Shown in pieces: positions 30,254-32,000 of a stretch of 32,000 nt of DNA. A model generated the notes under the pieces. That model was not told the DNA's origin and ran no database searches. It saw only the letters and a list, made by a program, of their open reading frames with translations. The stretch spans positions 46,565-78,564 of the forward strand of contig JAPDIZ010000007.1 in NCBI GenBank assembly GCA_029259355.1. Direction: 5' to 3'. This DNA comes from Candidatus Bathyarchaeota archaeon (GTDB lineage Archaea; Thermoproteota; Bathyarchaeia; JAPDIZ01). How positions within the stretch are numbered: the first letter of the stretch is position 1; every line of letters starts with the position of its first letter. A program made the translations under genes and the position numbers.

Positions 30254-31408
30254 CTAACGAGAGACCAAGTTAACCATGAGTTCACACTCCTTCTCCAAAA
30301 TGCGGCTTAAGTCGTACTTCTCCAAAACCAGCTGACGCGCTGATGACCCAAGAGCTTTGGCTAGCTCCCTATCCTCGAGCAAGGCTTGCATCTTATCCGC
30401 AAGGCTCTTCGCTTCAGTGGAGGCCAGCAAACCGTTTACCCCATCGCTGATCACTTCGTTGATTCCCTCTACGTCTGTGCCTACTACTGGCAAGCCACAT
30501 GCCATAGCCTCTAAGAGAGCCTTTGGATGCCCCTCTACGTAAGAGGGCAGCACAAACAGGGAGCAACTCCTCAAAACGCTTGATACCTTGTCGTGGGAGA
30601 TGTTGCCCATAATGCGTAGCGGAACCCCCAGCTCGCTTGCTAAAGCAGCTAATTCGTTCCTAAGAGGTCCGTCTCCCACGAAGAGAAGCTCTATGGAAAT
30701 CCCTCTGTCCCTAAGGATCTTCGCAGCTAAGACTAGCGAGAAGAGGTTTTTCTGACGAGCTAGCCTCCCCACAAACGCTACTCTATATCTGTCTACGCGC
30801 TCCTCTGCTTGAGGAAAGAGGTCGGTGATTACGCCGTTGGGGATGACCCATATCTTCTCTTCGCCGACGAACTTCGCAACGTAGGAGAAAAGAATCTTTG
30901 TCGGAACGGTTATCGCATCAAAAAACCTGAGAAAAAGCCTCTCCCTAAGCTCTAGCAACCACACGTGGAGCTTGCTCCTACCCTCAACAGCCGCGAATAC
31001 GGGGTACTTGAACTGGTAGTTCACCACAACTACTTTCCCGAAAAAGATCTTAACCAGCACAGCTGCGGCAAAGGCGTTTAGGCTCAGAAGCCTAACCACA
31101 TCAACCCTTCTGAAGGCTGAGGCGAATAGTAGAGGAGAGAAGACGAAGAACAGATATCTCCTCACAGCTAGAGGGATTCTCGAAAAAACAGAGCTGCGCA
31201 GGTAAAGGTGAGCTACCCCCTTGGGAAGCAGCTCTCCATAGTCCCTTACATCGTAGGAAACTAGGTAGACTTCGTCGAAGAACTGGAGGTACTTCTCCAA
31301 GTAAAATCGCAGCCTAACGAGCTGACCATTTGTCACGTAGTCCTCCACTGGCGCATCAAGCAAAAGCGCAAGCTTAGGCAACGCCCAGCACCCTCTCGTA
31401 CACCCCAT
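30254..31408 (-). CDS. Glycosyltransferase family 4
   Basis: E-x7-E region PSYVEGHPKALLEAMACGLPVV. The start is uncertain: the 31408 start overlaps the upstream gene by 35 nt, while a TTG at 31381 would overlap by 8 nt. Confidence 0.8.
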   Translation of the reverse strand: MGCTRGCWALPKLALLLDAPVEDYVTNGQLVRLRFYLEKYLQFFDEVYLVSYDVRDYGELLPKGVAHLYLRSSVFSRIPLAVRRYLFFVFSPLLFASAFRRVDVVRLLSLNAFAAAVLVKIFFGKVVVVNYQFKYPVFAAVEGRSKLHVWLLELRERLFLRFFDAITVPTKILFSYVAKFVGEEKIWVIPNGVITDLFPQAEERVDRYRVAFVGRLARQKNLFSLVLAAKILRDRGISIELLFVGDGPLRNELAALASELGVPLRIMGNISHDKVSSVLRSCSLFVLPSYVEGHPKALLEAMACGLPVVGTDVEGINEVISDGVNGLLASTEAKSLADKMQALLEDRELAKALGSSARQLVLEKYDLSRILEKECELMVNLVSR

Positions 31409-32000
31409 ACATCTCCTCAGCAGCTCTATCCCAGCTAAACAACTCCGCCCTCCTCCTACCAGCCTCTCCCAACCTCTTCGCTAAGCTCGCGTCGCTGGCT
31501 ATAGCCTCCATAGCTGCGGAAAGCGCTTCTATGCTTCGAGGCTCTACCAAAAACCCCACCTCGCCCTCGACTATCTCAGGAATTCCCCCCACCTTGGTCG
31601 CGATGACGGGCTTTCCACAAGCCATCGCCTCAAGCAAAACAATGCCTAGAGGCTCGTACGTAGACGGAAGCACCAGCGCATCGCATGCGTGGTAGTAGGT
31701 GGGCAGGAGGTTCTCAGGCACCATGGTCGAGAAGCGGACGCGGTCTTCTACGCCAAGCTCTTTGCTAAGCCTCCTAAGCTTGCTCTCAAGTGGGCCATCG
31801 CCGACGAGAACTAATGCACCACTGCCCAACTGCTTTGGGAGGGATGCGAAGGCTTTAACCAGATACTCAACCCCCTTTCTCCCAAAAAACCTGCCCACGT
31901 AGAGAAAGACGTAGTCAAAGGCGTCTAAGCCGAGCTGAGCTCTCGCCTCCTCAACCCCGACGTGAGCGCTGAAGCGCTCCAAATCAACCCCATTGTACAC
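31374..32000 (-). CDS. Glycosyltransferase family 4, C-terminal part (5' end beyond window)
   Basis: PSTYEPLGIVLLEAMACGKPVIAT (E-x7-E). The ORF is open to the window edge. Confidence 0.85.
   Translation of the reverse strand: MYNGVDLERFSAHVGVEEARAQLGLDAFDYVFLYVGRFFGRKGVEYLVKAFASLPKQLGSGALVLVGDGPLESKLRRLSKELGVEDRVRFSTMVPENLLPTYYHACDALVLPSTYEPLGIVLLEAMACGKPVIATKVGGIPEIVEGEVGFLVEPRSIEALSAAMEAIASDASLAKRLGEAGRRRAELFSWDRAAEEMYGVYERVLGVA

Overview
This is a compact archaeal chromosomal segment dominated by information-processing genes. The multiply interrupted tRNA genes, a 5S rRNA gene with no 16S/23S gene in this window and TATA-type promoters suggest Thermoproteota (Crenarchaeota), possibly Thermoproteales-like; that placement is an inference. 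Left part (1-9.6 kb): TFE-alpha, a conserved archaeal S1-like protein, tRNA-Val, a DUF59 Fe-S assembly protein, a two-intron tRNA-Ser, SRP (7S) RNA, a TtuA/NcsA-type tRNA thiolase, a nucleotidyltransferase, a small secreted membrane protein, a radical SAM protein, a family-B DNA polymerase, archaeal DnaG and a small Toprim protein. Middle (9.6-15.3 kb): one minus-strand string holds all three aromatic aminoacyl-tRNA synthetases (trpS, pheS, pheT, tyrS). A roughly 240-nt GC-rich, heavily base-paired RNA of unknown class with its own TATA box sits between pheT and tyrS; I consider it the most interesting element in the window. Next come MetAP, a two-gene membrane module of unknown function, and a stable-RNA patch (5S rRNA, two-intron tRNA-Met, tRNA-Thr, intron-containing tRNA-Pro, intron-containing tRNA-Thr) interleaved with a MobB-4Fe4S fusion and an ArsR regulator. 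Right part (20.1-32 kb): a glycosylation island starting right after tRNA-Thr(GGU). It holds two divergent GT-C membrane glycosyltransferases (one translationally coupled to a secreted anchored protein), four GT4, one membrane-anchored GT2, two paralogous SDR epimerases and two small membrane proteins. I saw no CRISPR array, transposase, integrase or intein. All protein family calls rest on motifs read by eye, not on database searches.
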